From Octopus sinensis (Eukaryota): a DNA stretch of 64,000 bases. The stretch covers positions 20,832,001-20,896,000 of the forward strand of contig NC_042997.1 of assembly GCF_006345805.1 (NCBI RefSeq). Direction: 5' to 3'. Under the pieces are notes generated by a model. That model ran no database searches. It was not told the origin of the DNA and was given only the letters and a program-made list of their open reading frames with translations. The position numbers were made by a program, and so were the translations under genes. Below are positions 23,992 to 38,000 of this stretch, in pieces (position 1 is the first letter of the stretch; every line of letters begins with the position of its first letter).

Positions 23992-25758
23992 CTATGTTTG
24001 ACTTTTGCTTTATGTCTGTACAAGTTGGCTCCAAGTCTCACCCAGAGACCTCAAGAGACAACAGGTTGGAAGTTCTGTGCCATATATTTGGGGTTTTTTT
24101 GGGGTTTTTTTTTTGGTGTTGTACTAGTGAATGTCTAATACATAAAAATAAAAAATAAATAAATAAATTTTAAAAAATAAATAAATAAATTTTAAAAAAT
24201 AAATAAATAAATAAATAAAAATTAAAATAAAATAAAAATAAAAATAAAAATAAATAAACAAAAAAGTTTGTTTTAAACCTTCGGATTACATAGAGAGTAT
24301 TTTGCGTAGGATATGAGCAGTTCCCATGAGCACTATCTTTTGAATTTCTGCCATTTTGGGGTTTCCTGGTATCTGAGTTAGGTAGCAATCAGTCCCTTTC
24401 ACTATCATTCCCAGGGCACCTATGACAACAGGTATTGTTTTAGTCTTCAGCTTCCACATTTTGCTGATTTCTATTTCAAGATCTTTATATTTGCTCAGTT
24501 TTTGGTAGGTCTTGACAGATACGTTTATATCGATTGGGACAGTCATATCAATGAGGAGGCATGTTCTTTGTCTGAAGTCTTTCAATATAATGTCTGGCCT
24601 ATTTGCATCTATCTTCCTGTCAGTTTGAATGGTGAAGTTCCAGAGGAGTGAGATGTGGTCATTTTCAAGCACAGGAGGTGGATTGTGTTCCCACCAGTTT
24701 TTTTCATGGGGCAAATCCAGGTTTTTGCAAATTACCCAGTGAATATATTGTGCAGCTCTATCATGCCTACTGAGGTACTCTGTAGGTGCTAGAAGACTGC
24801 ATTTGGAGACAACATGGTCAATGGTTTCATTTTGTTGTCGGCATACACGACATGTTGGGCTACTGCCGTTCTTTAATATGTTGGCCTGGTAGTTTCTTGT
24901 TGGTAGGCATTGATCTTGAGCTGCTATGATAAACCCCTCTGTTTCAGATTTTAAGCCAGAGGCCATTAGCCATTGATGGGTCAGGGCTTTGTCGATATCT
25001 GCATTATTCGCTCTCTTTGGGTATTTGCCATAGAGAGGTTTTTCTTGCCATTTATTATTCAGAATATCTAAGGCCGCATTTTTGGCACGGGTTTTCATGT
25101 GCCTAGCTTTTTCTGTGCTTGTTTCTTGTATATCTATCTCTAATTTCGAAATTGGTTGTATTCGGAATTCACTTAGATATTCCTTTGCCTGTTTTGTTAC
25201 TGAGTATGATGCTTTCTTGTTTTCATGTTTTGAGACAAGTTTTAACATCCAGTCCTCAGAGTTTTTCAGGTAGGTGTCTAGGCCAATTGTAGCAATCTTC
25301 ATTGTTATTGCCAGTTGCAAAAGACCACGGCCTCCCTCTTTTCTTGGCAGATAGAGTCGTTCTGTATCTGCCTTAGGGTGGTGCATTCTATGCATTGTCA
25401 ACAGTTTCCTTATTTTTCTGTCGAGCTGACATATTTCAGTAATTGACCAGTTAACAATATTGAAACTGTAAGTCACGACTGGTATGGCTAATGCATTGAT
25501 CGCTTCGATCCTGTTTCTGTTTCTGTTCCAGAGGAGTGAGATGTGGTCATTTTCAAGCACAGGAGGTGGATTGTGTTCCCACCAGTTTTTTTCATGGGGC
25601 AAATCCAGGTTTTTGCAAATTACCCAGTGAATATATTGTGCAGCTCTATCATGCCTACTGAGGTACTCTGTAGGCGCTAGAAGACTGCATTTGGAGACAA
25701 CATGGTCAATGGTTTCATTTTGTTGTCGGCATACACGACATGTTGGGCTACTGCCGTT
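23992..25758 (-). mobile_element. 5'-truncated R4/Dong-like non-LTR retrotransposon (restriction-like endonuclease class)
   Basis: Uninterrupted ORF with REL motifs, a 3'UTR, and (TAA)n on both flanks (23974-23991 and 25759-25780). Confidence 0.85.
24286..25602 (-). CDS. C-terminal part of an R4/Dong-like polyprotein: RT thumb, CCHC zinc knuckle and REL endonuclease
   Basis: CRVC...ETIDHVVSKC, RHD, RPDII...IDMTVP and KLSKY motifs. The RT core is missing and the N-terminus comes from a duplicated segment. Confidence 0.85.
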   Translation of the reverse strand: MPHEKNWWEHNPPPVLENDHISLLWNRNRNRIEAINALAIPVVTYSFNIVNWSITEICQLDRKIRKLLTMHRMHHPKADTERLYLPRKEGGRGLLQLAITMKIATIGLDTYLKNSEDWMLKLVSKHENKKASYSVTKQAKEYLSEFRIQPISKLEIDIQETSTEKARHMKTRAKNAALDILNNKWQEKPLYGKYPKRANNADIDKALTHQWLMASGLKSETEGFIIAAQDQCLPTRNYQANILKNGSSPTCRVCRQQNETIDHVVSKCSLLAPTEYLSRHDRAAQYIHWVICKNLDLPHEKNWWEHNPPPVLENDHISLLWNFTIQTDRKIDANRPDIILKDFRQRTCLLIDMTVPIDINVSVKTYQKLSKYKDLEIEISKMWKLKTKTIPVVIGALGMIVKGTDCYLTQIPGNPKMAEIQKIVLMGTAHILRKILSM

Positions 25759-26929
25759 AATTATTATTATTATTATTATTCAGGTCACTGCCTGGAATCA
25801 AAATTGGAATCTTGGGGTTAGTAGCCCATGCTCTTAACCAATATGGTTAACCATAGTGGTTAACAACAAACAAGATGAAGACAAATATCTGTCAAATGTA
25901 AATAATGTAAATAATGTACATAATTCCTCATCTCTTAAATATAGAACTGTGAAATATTTCATTATCTATTTAATAATTTGGCACTAACTACTTATGAATA
26001 TGACTTTATATATCATGCAATCTTTGTTATCGTATATCATGAACATTCAGATATTTAACACATTTGTTTATTTTTACTGAGTCAATAATATTATAGCAGT
26101 AACTCAATAAAATTCCATCAATATCTGAAGAAAGAATTTTTATATTCCATTCCAAAATATTATATCAGACTATGAATAATTAAATCATAACAGTTTTTAT
26201 AGTCCACTTTGCATTGTTGTGTTATTCAAGACATGTTATATTTTTCACATACAATATTTCAATTTTTGAGATCACATTGGTTATTATTTCTAAAAGTGAT
26301 ACTATGCACATAATCAAAAAATTATCGTCATAATTTATTAAAAACAGAAATTACAAATTAAAACCCTCAACTAGTTTTTACAAATTCTGGTTAATCTATG
26401 AAGTTGCATGTATTCAGGCTTCTTCAAGATTTTCAGTATTCCATTTTCATATATTTGAGTATGAACAGGATTTATGTAGTTTCAATCTATTCCAGGATCT
26501 TCTAGAACTATGGCTACATCATTCATTACTTCATTTACGACTGGTTGAATGTGGCTTCGTTTTGATGTCAGTTCACTAAGTGTTTGATCTCTAATAGAAC
26601 GTACATCATCATCATTATTATCATCAACATCATCACCATCATTTAGCAACCGTTTTCCATGCTGATATACTTTAGCTGGTTTGACTGAAACTGGTAAGCC
26701 AGATAGCTGCACTAGGCTCCAGTCTATTTTGGTTTGGTTTCTATGGCTGGATGCCCTTCCTAAAGCCAAGTACTTCACAGAGTGAACCAGGCACCTTTAA
26801 CGTGTCACGAGCACAGGTGCCTTTTATGTGTCAATGGCACTGGTCATGACTATGATTTCACTTAGCCTGATGTTTCTTCTCAAGTACAGCAAATTGCCAA
26901 AAGTTTCACTCGTCATCGCCTCTGTAATC

Positions 26930-28160
26930 ACATTTCCAAAGATATCATTTCACAACTTCGGCCTACTATTTCCTGGATCTACCTCTTCCTCAGATTCACT
27001 CCACAGACTGGCACTTTAAGCATGCATCACATGTCCATATCATTCTTCTCTTGTGCACATTTCATCTGATGCCTCTTACACCCAACTTTTCTCATAAGGC
27101 ACTCACACACTGTCATATATGCACATTGTTATTGCCCATCCTGTGGAGCATACTAGCTTCAGTTCTTTCGAGCTTTTGCATGTCGTCTGCAGTCACAGCC
27201 CATATTTCACACAATCTGCATTTTACTCAGAGGAAGAGACCCTTTGTTACCAACAAAGATAGCAGTCCTCTGAACTTCACCCAACCAGTTCTTATTCTAA
27301 CAGTTGCATTCTCAGATCCTCCTCCTGCACTGCTGATTCGGTCTGTAACTCTCAGTAAGTTGTCTTGTAGGAAGTTCCAGTTATCCTCTATGTTATATGT
27401 CTGTCACTCCACTTCTTTCTCATTACATGCTTCAGTTACGATGTCTCTAAATCTCTGGCTATTCAAATGATCCTTAAGCTCCCAGATCTTTCTTTTCAGA
27501 CTGGGCTGCTTATTGAAATCCTTCTAGCCTGTAGTCTGAAGTTACTAATGACTGCCCTATGCTGAGGAGTACATTCTCCACTAGGGAAGGTCTTTACATT
27601 TTTGAGCAAACACATATCTCACTTTCTGGTGAGAATGTAATCAATCTGGCAAGCTTGGTCACCAGATTGATAAGTTATCAGATGACTGGCAGGCTTCTTG
27701 AAGCTGGTTTTGCATATCGTTATGTTATCTGCATCACAGAAATTCAGAAACCTTGTTCTCTCCTCCTTACAGAAACCAATTCCATGGCCTCCATGCACAC
27801 TGCACAAAACACCCAGTTACTACCCAATGTGTTCATTGAAGTCACCAGCCATGAAGAGAAGGTCATTATCATTTGTTTTTAATGTAATCTGCAAAAGAAT
27901 ATCATAAAAACAATCCTTTTGTTTATTTTGCAGATCCATTTGAAAGACATAGGCAGAGATAATTGTCACGGCACTATTTTGTAAAACTAGTCGAAGCTTA
28001 AGTAATCTATTGAACACTCTGACTATTTCAGTCACTTTATCCACCCATTTCTCAGCTAGGGGTATGCCCATACCACCTACCCTATCACTTCTCCATTCAA
28101 GAACCTCAACAATCTCACCAGACCTACTTTTCATTGTGCTTACATTGACAGTGCCATCTC
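26930..28160 (-). mobile_element. RTE-clade LINE remnant (AP endonuclease plus post-RT piece)
   Basis: GTVNV, GDFNEHIG, HGGHGIG and QIDYIL endonuclease motifs in broken ORFs. Confidence 0.8.
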
Positions 28161-28850
28161 TAAGGATACAAAGGGGGGAGGAGGGAGGGAGCAAGGAGAA
28201 GGGGACAGCATTCCACTTCTGAAAGGAAGGTTTCAAAAAACGTTTGTCAACAGACATGTCATAATAGTTGTCCTTGCATTTAATCTATCATTGTTCATTT
28301 GTGTTACACAGCTGCATCTAGCAGAAGTGAGTGCTATACAAACATAGTTAATACAAAGATGGGCGAATAAAGTTTGTAGAAATAGTCAAATGCTATGCAA
28401 GCATTGTTAATACAAAGATAGATAAATGAAACTAAAAGCAGTTAATTAATTAATTAGTTGATAGTTACTTTCCAATCACATTTTGGTGCAAAGAATACAA
28501 ACTGCAGTGTGTATATTGCAGTAATGTGGATGAAAATCTACTGAGGAAGGAGGATCAGTTTCCAATAGAGGTTGAGAGAGTTTCTGGTACAGGAGAGAGA
28601 AAGAAAGATTTCCAGTGTAGGTGGTGGGGTAGGAAAGGGTGAGGAAGAGTGCACATTATGAGGAAATGTCTAAACTACTACAGGGTCTGCTAACTGAGAG
28701 ATGAATTTATGATTATAATAGGTTAAATTAGATTAGATTAAATCAAATTCAATTAAAGGCAGGTTAGTATTAACAGGGTAGAAATGCAAATAGATGAATG
28801 ATGTACAATTACAGACAAAGGATTAAGACAACTTAGATGGTCATTTCATC

Positions 28851-28956
28851 GAAGAAGAAGAAGAAGAAGAAGAAGAAGAAGAAGAAGGAGAAGGAGAAGG
28901 AGAAGAAGAAGAAGAAGAAGAAGAAGAAGAAGAAGAAGAAGAAGAAGAAGAAGAAG
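28851..28956. repeat. (GAA)n/(GGAGAA)n polypurine tract
   Basis: Seen directly. Confidence 0.95.
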
Positions 28957-29898
28957 ATAAATACAAAAAAACAGCTAGGCTACTTTCCAGCATAGAGGCA
29001 GTAATTATCAAAGGGTCAGTAATGATGAAATGAGTAAACAGGTTATTAAAGGTAAAAATTACAATCTGGTAACATAATCTGCCAATTTGAAATGTTTCAT
29101 TTTTATATATTCAAAGTATAGTTAAATATGGTTCTATATAATCCTATTATTATCTTTTACATTTTGAGTTCTCTAAAGAATTATATAGGATCCTGTGGTC
29201 TGTAGAAATACTGTGACTATTAAGGAACTATTACAGATTGGTAGACATGAGAGAGAGCCTCCAGTTCATTCTGAATAATAGCATGAATAATGGCATAACA
29301 AAAATAGACAAGAGATTATTTAAGTTTTTAATAATTGTGTGAGAATTTGTATCATAGAATGAAAAATGGGAAAATTCATCAGTTGTAAGTATTTATTCAA
29401 ATTATTAGAACAAAGAAGAGATCCTTTGAAGTCTGTTGACAAACACTGAAATGGACACGGTTTTTACATAAGAGGACAAACTTTTGAATAATAAAATTTA
29501 GGTTTCATTTCATGTCATACATGTCACTTAGTACAAAAATGACATGCTTCTTCACTACAAAAGCAAGAGTGGATGTTTTATTATAAAATGAAACATTTTT
29601 CTTAAACCAAACTGTACTTAGTTATTATGTATAATTCTAAATTTGTACATGTGAAAGAGGTATTACAAGTACAAGCTAAGCAATCAATGTTTTATTGTCA
29701 TCAATGAATCAAATGTTTCATTTTGCACTAAATTAAAATTTTTCATGAGGAAATGTTTTCATTTTTTCACAGCTTCTTGTATCTAACCACATAAGCTTCA
29801 GTTTTTTCAACCAAATACGCAGTTTTCTTTATCGCAGAGGAGTGTCATAGATTTACCATCTTACAATAATGCTGCAACAGCAGTTTCATCTGTAGTGC

Positions 29899-30308
29899 CT
29901 CTTTTACTCTTTTACTTGTTTCAGTCATTTGACTGCGGCCATGCTGGAGCACCATCTTTAGTCGAGCAAATCGACCCCAGGACTTATTCTTTGGAAGCCT
30001 AGTACTTATTCTATCGGTCTCTTTTGCCCGAGCCGCTAAGTTACGGGGATGCAAACACATCAGCATCGGTTGTCAAGCGATGTTGAGAGACAAACACAGA
30101 CACACAAATATACACACACACACATACATGCACACACATATATACGACGGGCTTCTTTCAGTTTCTGTCTACCAAATCCACTCACAAGGCTTTGGTCGGC
30201 CCGAGGTTATAGTAGAAAACACTTGCCCAAGGTGTCACGCAGTGGGAATGAACCCGGAACCATGTGGTTGGGAAGCAAGCTATTTACCACACAGCCACTC
30301 CTGTGCCT
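29899..30308 (-). mobile_element. SINE family A
   Basis: Reverse-complement match to 1076-1497. Confidence 0.9.
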
Positions 30309-30456
30309 ACATATATTTTACATTCTTTATGATCAAAGTTCTTTATTCAGTGCATTAAAGTACCATAATATACTTTATCAAGTATGTTATGATATTTAAT
30401 CCATTTTTTATTTATTTTGACAGTTGACAATTACAGACAATATTATGTATTTCAAA

Positions 30457-30653
30457 TGTTAGCAAACCAGGCAAAATGCTTAGCAGCATTTCGTCTGTCT
30501 TTACGTTCTGAGTTCAAATTCCGCCAAGGTTGACTGTGCTTTTCATCCTCTCGGGGTTGATAAATTAGGTACCAGTTGCATACTGGGTCGCTCTAATTGA
30601 CTGCCCCCCCACTCCCCAAAAATTTCAAGCCTTGTGCCTAGAATAGAAAAGAA
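30457..30653 (+). mobile_element. SINE family B
   Basis: Match to 40765-40910. Confidence 0.85.
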
Positions 30654-31527
30654 TATTATATATTTCAGCTTTTGAGATCACATTGGCTATTAATTATAAA
30701 AGTAATATTATGCACTCAGTCAACTTATTAAAAATAAAATATGCAAATTTAAATACTTAACCAGTTTTGATAAATTCTTGTTAATCTACAAAGTTGTGCA
30801 CATTCAGGATTCTCTACTGCAGGGTTAAAATATTAAATGAATGGGTGTTAACAGGAATAAAGTAGTAAAATTCAAATCGTTATTGATAGCAGCCACCCTT
30901 ATGCTACCCATTTCATATCATTTTTGATAGAATTGTTGCACTTTTATAGCATCTCCAGAAAGAAGGAAATTGGCTCTAACAGATTAATTTTTGAAAAGTG
31001 GAAATGGATCTATTTGGCAAAGTACACAAGAGCTTCCAAATATGAGTTTTAATTCTTTATTATTTTGAGAAATTGATAGCCCAGGATCACAGTATAATTT
31101 CAAAAAAACCTCTTACAGGCTTTTCATTACAGAAATTGCCCGTAACAACTGACACTAGTACCCACTATGATGAATTAATAAGTTCTACATTAAAAGACTT
31201 AAAATTTCTGATTCTGTAAATTCTTTATCTTCCACACTGTATCAGCAAGATTTTGTTGCATTCAGTTTTAGAATGAAAGTTTGAAAATGTTTAGCATGTC
31301 CTTCGGCCATTTTTATTTGAGTAAGATTAGAATTTTTAAAACAGATCCTGGTTCATGGTAAATCACTTCAATTTCTTTTTATAATTTCCAAGAGATATTC
31401 TGAGAATCCCATCAATTCAAAGTTGTAGAAGAGTAAAACCTACATTTTTATATAATCTGTCTCTTATAAAAAAAATATGACCATTTTCTTCAACGTTTAT
31501 AGATAAAAAATCACAGTCATGTAGTAA

Positions 31528-31860
31528 AGATCCCCATCGGTCATGAACGACCATGAGATTGTACCTAGAAAGTTCCCCTATGAGGTACAAGTCTGGGCAA
31601 GGTTGTTTGTGAAAGACCAGCAGTTGTCCATGCATACCAGCCTCCTCTCTCCTTGCCATTGATGTTATCTAAAGGAAAGGAAAAGGCTGATATAGCTTGG
31701 CATCAGTGACATCGTAACTCATTTCTACAGCTGAGTGAACTGGAGAAACGAGAGATAAAGTGTCTTGCTCAAAAACACAACACACAGCTCAGTCTGGGAA
31801 TCGAACTCAGTACCTCATGACTGTGAGTCCAACACTCTAACCACTAAGCTATGCACCTTC
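31528..31860 (-). mobile_element. SINE family D
   Basis: Reverse-complement match to 20075-20410. Confidence 0.85.
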
Positions 31861-32814
31861 AGACATGAGCTATATAATTAAATCCTGTACAAATTCATTT
31901 ATTCTTGTCAGGCTTTTGAAATCTTGTAGTCAGTAGTGGTCTACAAGAAATATTTCATTGGAGCATTTTAGATAAGAATTTTTTTATTGTTTTAAAACAT
32001 TATTAAAAGTTGTGCATCTACTATATAAAACACAATAGCTTACAAACAAAAGCTCTAATAATTCATTAGGATTAAAGTTGGGATTGATAGCTGTTGGGAA
32101 TGACAACTGTTGGGAAATACTTAAATCCCTTGATCCATAATTTAAATTTCTTACCACATTGAGAATAGGCTGTTGGAATGTCAAGTTAGTGTGGTCTATG
32201 TACTGTGTTCGCTTTGATTCAGTGATTGATGACTATTGAATTAAGTATTCAAAATTTTGGCACAAGACCAGCAATTCTAGAGGAAGGGGGTTAATTGATT
32301 ACATCAACCCCCAGTATTTGACTGGTAGTTTATTTTATCAGATGAATGGAAAAGTTTACCATGGCAGGATTTGAAATCAAAATGTAAAGTGCTGTAAGAA
32401 ATACCATTAAGCATGCTAATGATTCTGCCAGCTTGCCACTCAATGATAACTTTTAAATTACTCTTTTTGTCTTTTACTTGTTCCAGTCATTTGACTGTGG
32501 CCATGCTGGAGCAGAATACCAGATATCATACTTTCATCCATTTAGAGATATAAAATGTCAGTAATGATAGCATGTGTTATACCAGATTTAATTGTAAGGG
32601 GCATTACTTTTCTTATAAATAAGCAGCCTTTATCATAACTGTTCACAGAAACTGTACAGATTGGACATGAAGTTTTTAGATTGCATTGAAGCATGTCTGT
32701 ATGTAGAACGCTTAGATATACTAAAGAGTAGTATCTTCTGTATAGGAGACTATTGTTAAATGATAGCAAGTACTATTATGTAACCATCACTCTATCAAAA
32801 CCAAGTTCTATAAC

Positions 32815-33142
32815 TTTTATGTCGCAATACTACACAATGGTTGTGTGAGTTATGAAATCTTCGTTGCCACTGTTATATTGCAATACTACACAGTGGCTGT
32901 GTGAGTTTACTGAAAAATAAGCGAAAGTTACGAAATCCCCATCGCCACTGTTATGTCGCAAGTTCGGATGCCTTCTACTCAACTCGACTCCGACTGCTAC
33001 TCTGCTACTCGACTGTTCTATTCTCTGCTACTACTCTGACTCTGCTGACTGCTAATCAACTGTGCTCTCGATGTCTAGGCTCTCCCTCTATATCTACGTA
33101 TTAGGCTAGCCTACTTCATCATCTGGGGGCGTCCACACAACA
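32815..33142. mobile_element. Solo LTR with 5-bp TSD ATAAC
   Basis: T(t/g)TTATGT...ACACAACA termini, ATAAC at 32810-32814 and 33143-33147, homologous to 60606-60789. Confidence 0.8.
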
Positions 33143-34519
33143 ATAACTTAACCACTATTCAAGTGAATCGAAGTACTTTTACATAAGCATTATTCTAATG
33201 AACCCCTGTACAGAACACTATGTAAGTGTGTTGTGCAGCTTCCACTGAAGTTTTCATCTTCATAAAATATATCTGGAGAATATCAGTTTGTCAAGACCCA
33301 TTCCTTTTCTGGGAATTGAACCCAACACATCAAGCAGACTAAGTACTTATTACTTGTATATAACTGCCACTTCTTACAGCAGTGAACATCTATTCTGTCA
33401 TCTATTAAATGAAGATCTACTACTGAACCACTATTGGATTTCTTTATATTATTCTAATATCTTCACCTTGAAGTATTATTCATCAAAGCTAATATGTCTG
33501 TTTAATCATATATTAACCACCGTCATGCAACAGAAATTCTAAACATTAAATAATATTTCTTGTTGTAACTGTTCATTGTAATGGCAGCCATTTTACTATC
33601 TAATTTTCCTGCTGCTGGTCTGAAGTAGGTGAATGCACCAAAGATACAACTTAATACTTAAAACTTGTGATCTGTGGACGGTCATTTTATCAACTGTGGT
33701 ACCAAAGAACCAACTGTGATCATAGAATAGATTGAACTAATTAGCAAAGGCTGTAAATGGTCTTTAGAGTTGTACTTGTTTGTCTATCATCAATCTAGTC
33801 TTTTGATAGCTATTTACACAAGTCCAACGTAATCTTGTATATAATATGAACCCCAATTTTGACCCCACTTTTGTAGCTAAGAATCAGTATTACAGCAGTA
33901 AACTAAGATCTGCTCCAGGTCATGTTGAGTTTAGCAGTAGCCCTCGAAATAAACTGCCCAAAAATAAAACACATTTGATCCACAAGAATAGAACGAGGTA
34001 GAATTATCAGTGGGCAAGCAATGAAAGTGAAAAGGTGAAGGAAAATGTCGATGTGGGTAAACAGCAATTTTTATTTTTTTAACCATCCAACACCAATTGG
34101 TGACACTATGAGGTTCTTCCATGTTTTGTAATCTTGCATCACATTCATCAGGACACTGCTAGGTAGTCCAACAGCTTCCTCAATGATTTTCATGAGAGTT
34201 AGGTTTGGATGACCACATCTATGAGTGATATCAGAGGACCTTAACAAAACTCTCACAGAAATTTCACCGTGTCTCATTACATGTCCAGCAAGAGCTAGAC
34301 AATACTTTTTTATGACAATTGAAATCTTTGGAAGACACCCCTATAAGATTTTGTTAATTGTGTGCAACTGCCGAGAGATATTAAGAGTGGTGCACAATAA
34401 AAAGATGAAGTTGCCATCTAACTTCCATGTCAGTGTTGATGTGAGGTCCATGAGTCTGATGGATTGATTCTACAGTGACTTTGAAATCCCTGATTTTGGC
34501 AGATCAGTTGATTGAACTC

Positions 34520-35030
34520 CTCAAAAAACGAAAACAACAGTAATGTACACTGAGATGTGAAAGCTGAGGTCTTACACAATATAAGGAAAAGATGTGCTCA
34601 AAACTCAGTTTCTCATAACCCTGCTTGTCAATCTTTTCAACAACACCATTCTGTCTGTGATTTTATATGCAAGTGAGACATGAGACATAGGCTACTAATG
34701 AAAAAGAAGACTTAGCAACTGACTTATGACACAGAAAGACATGGAAAGATCCATGCTGGGAATATCATTGCAGGAGCATATCCAAAATTAATGCAGTGGT
34801 TTAAACAATTTGATCGTGTAATATCAAAAGTACAAGTTTTACTGGACTCACAGACAACAGGTGGACCTGTGCAGTTGTTGAGTGATGCCTATGAAACCAG
34901 AAAAGCCTATTCAGAAGACCTCCAACATAATGGGGAAATTACAGAGTCAAGAAACCCAGGTCCAAATGGAACAGAAGAGCATATTCAAAGAAGAATGGAG
35001 GTACATTGTGAGCAGTAATATATAAGGGCA
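34520..35030 (+). mobile_element. Decayed RTE LINE 3' fragment
   Basis: YASET and MERSMLGISL-like remnants. Confidence 0.55.
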
Positions 35031-38000
35031 TCTCTGATAGTTTGGTCAGCAGAATGATAAAGTAATTTTCTTTTTACACTTAAATATAATGCTATCCCCA
35101 GCAGTTTGAACCTGGTGTTCTAATATTTCTTTGCACTTCTTAAGTATCAATTAATTGCTTTGTTTCCAAATATGAATAAATTTATTTAAAGTGAACATAT
35201 TAAAGTAATATAATCAAATTAAATACTTATAATACCATAACACAAATGAGTTTTAACTTACTTTTTTTTCTTTACAGGGAAAAATCTGTTAATAGATATC
35301 ATTGTGTAACCAGAGCCATTTAATCTTTCATGATGATATTTTTGATAAAATACACTGCAAATATATTTCAGTTAGTTTTGAAAATAACAAAAATTTCATA
35401 AGATTTAGTGAGTTCGAATCATACCAAAGCTCAACTTTGCTTATCATCCAAAAGAATGATAAGCAAAGCAACAGTCGAGAACTGGGGTCAATATAGTCAT
35501 CAAGTAACACCTCTTCTCAAATTTCCGGTATTGTGCTATGTTAGAAACAGTTATTGAGCTGATGTTTAGAACATCACTTAACAAAGTGGTCTTCTATGAA
35601 ATCATGATGGAAGGCTTCAATATGAATACTTTAAAATATGAAATTTATAACATAGAAGAACAAGAGGAAATCTCAAGCAAGTCAATATTGAAAGGGTTAA
35701 TGGCATTTTTATAAAGCTTTGATACAGCAATGTAAATTCTGCTTAGAAATTCTGTTGAGAATTGCTTACGATAACTTTAAGGTTTCAATCTTTACACTGT
35801 TTGAAATATTAATTCTATCCAAGACAATGATTGATGTACTTTGGACATGAAACAATTTACCTAACACAGCATGACATCCACCTCTTATAAGTATTAACGG
35901 AAACATTTTTATTGATGATGCTGTTTTAACAATGATACATTTCAGTTAACAAAAGAGTGTAAACAATTTTAATTAAAGATGATTTTCAAATATATTATCA
36001 ATAACCTATTTATATTTATCAAATTATAAATATTGAATGTAAATATTTTAAAATTATAGTTCATTTCTGGCTGCAATAATACATCATAATACTTCAAAGC
36101 AGCAAAATATCAATAAATTCCTTGTGAGTAATCAAAGACTTTGGGTCACAGTCATAGAACCAAATAGTTAAGATATCCGTGTCTATCCTCCCCGACCAGT
36201 TCTCCTTCTCTAGATATGATTATTAAGAAGAAGAATTTCATTAAATCTCATTTTCCTCTCTTATCGTTATAGCAATAAATCACATGTGGTAGGAATAAAC
36301 TTTCTTTTGAAACATGTCAGCCATTGAGACAAGGGTTAACACAGAGGTGCAGAAACAGCTTTTCATTTGCTCCTCTTATTCCTGTCTAAATTACTTTGAT
36401 CATATTTACTTTAATATCAGAAAAATCATATTGATGAAGGTAATAAAAGAAAATATTCAATAAAATTGGTAATCAAAGGCAGTTAGTAGTGAAGAAATTA
36501 AAGCTGGCCGGAAAGAAAAAGCAAAAGAAAGAAAGAAAGAAAAGAAATCTATTTCTTAGAATATCAATAATCATGATTTGAAAGTACTAGCCACTAGATG
36601 AAAGATGTTCATGGTATTAATTTTGCCTCAATTGCAAAGAAAATACTCAAGTTATTTATCACTTTCCCTTGTATAATGAGTAAGATGATTCTCTAGTAGA
36701 TACATTTCTGGAAGAAGAAAGGCATGCAGAATGCTGTCCATTGACTTTCTTATATCCATTACCACATTATGGAGAAAGAGACCCAGAGACCCCGATAGTT
36801 TTTATTGATAGAAAAATAAATGTTTCTCAGTAAGAATAAAAGATTGCTGGAACGTAAATAAAATGGGTATTTGTCACTCTTCCTTGTTTCACCCTTCTTT
36901 CAATATACACATACATATTCACGCATATATGCACATACATACACATAAATTTACGCATACATACACATATATATATACACTCAGTCTTCAGAAGAGAAAG
37001 AAATTGAAACTGACATTATATATCCATCAAATCTTGGGTGGTAAACTTAAATCCTTACATGGTTTAATACCACTACTTGTTTCTTAAGTGCTTCAACAGA
37101 AGGTCCACTCTGTTGCAAGCATTCAGGCTCAGACGACTCCGGTCTGAGGACAGCTTCCTCCCTTCCTTCCACTAGTTTTGGAGGCCCTGAAGAGAGTCAT
37201 GGGCTCTACTTTTCTTCCTTGAACTAAAACAGAAAAAAAATTAAATACTCCCACCTGCATCAACCGAAAATATCCTCATTGTTTCATTTTACTTTGATCT
37301 TTTTCTCACAATCATATCAACCTAATGGAGTATAAAAAGTAAAAATAATCTTCACAGGACTTGAAATCAGGACCTTGAAATGCCGAAGTATACACAACAA
37401 AGCTTTTAACTGCATTCCGAATCACCTCTGTTGATTTCTAGCTTAGACACAAGGACACACCATTTGGAGACAGGTGGATAATATATCAAACCTGTATGCA
37501 AGACTAGGACTTTACTTTGTTGGTCCTTAGGGTGAAAGGTAAAAGTTGAATTGGGTAGGAGTTGATCTTTGAATGTAAAGAGACACAATTAAAGATGACA
37601 ATTCAATTAATTCACCAAGTAGTAGTAGTGGTGGTAGCAGCAACAGTAGCAGCAGTAGTAACAGCAGCAACAGTAGTAGCAGTGGCAGCAGAAGCAACCC
37701 TAACAGAAGTTTTATATTTTAGTTTCATTGTCTCCCAAAATGACAGTTTTAATGTTTTGCATTGAGATATTTCAAGACATTCCATGTAATTTAACCAGGT
37801 GGCTTACAAACCATATTTGACATATAATTTTAAATGAAAGAAGAACTATATTAATGAAGAACTTTTTAATTAAGACTGCTATATTTAGTACGTAATATAT
37901 TTTTTAATATATTGTTTAAATTTGTGAAATTTAAAAAAAATAATTAATCTCACTTTTACGGGGCATGATATTCTGAGAATCAGTAAAAAAATTTGAGACT

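Larger units (their letters stand above)
23835..25850 (-). mobile_element. Second copy of the hammerhead-tailed SINE, split by the R4/Dong insertion
   Basis: The head (25781-25850) and tail (23835-23973) align to the two halves of 20495-20800. Confidence 0.75.

Noticed and set aside
32542-33300. Resemblance to a Mononegavirales L capping domain (SGS..H, C-x2-C)
   Set aside because: No intact HR motif, no GDNQ or other RdRp motifs found upstream, and other frames look equally protein-like.
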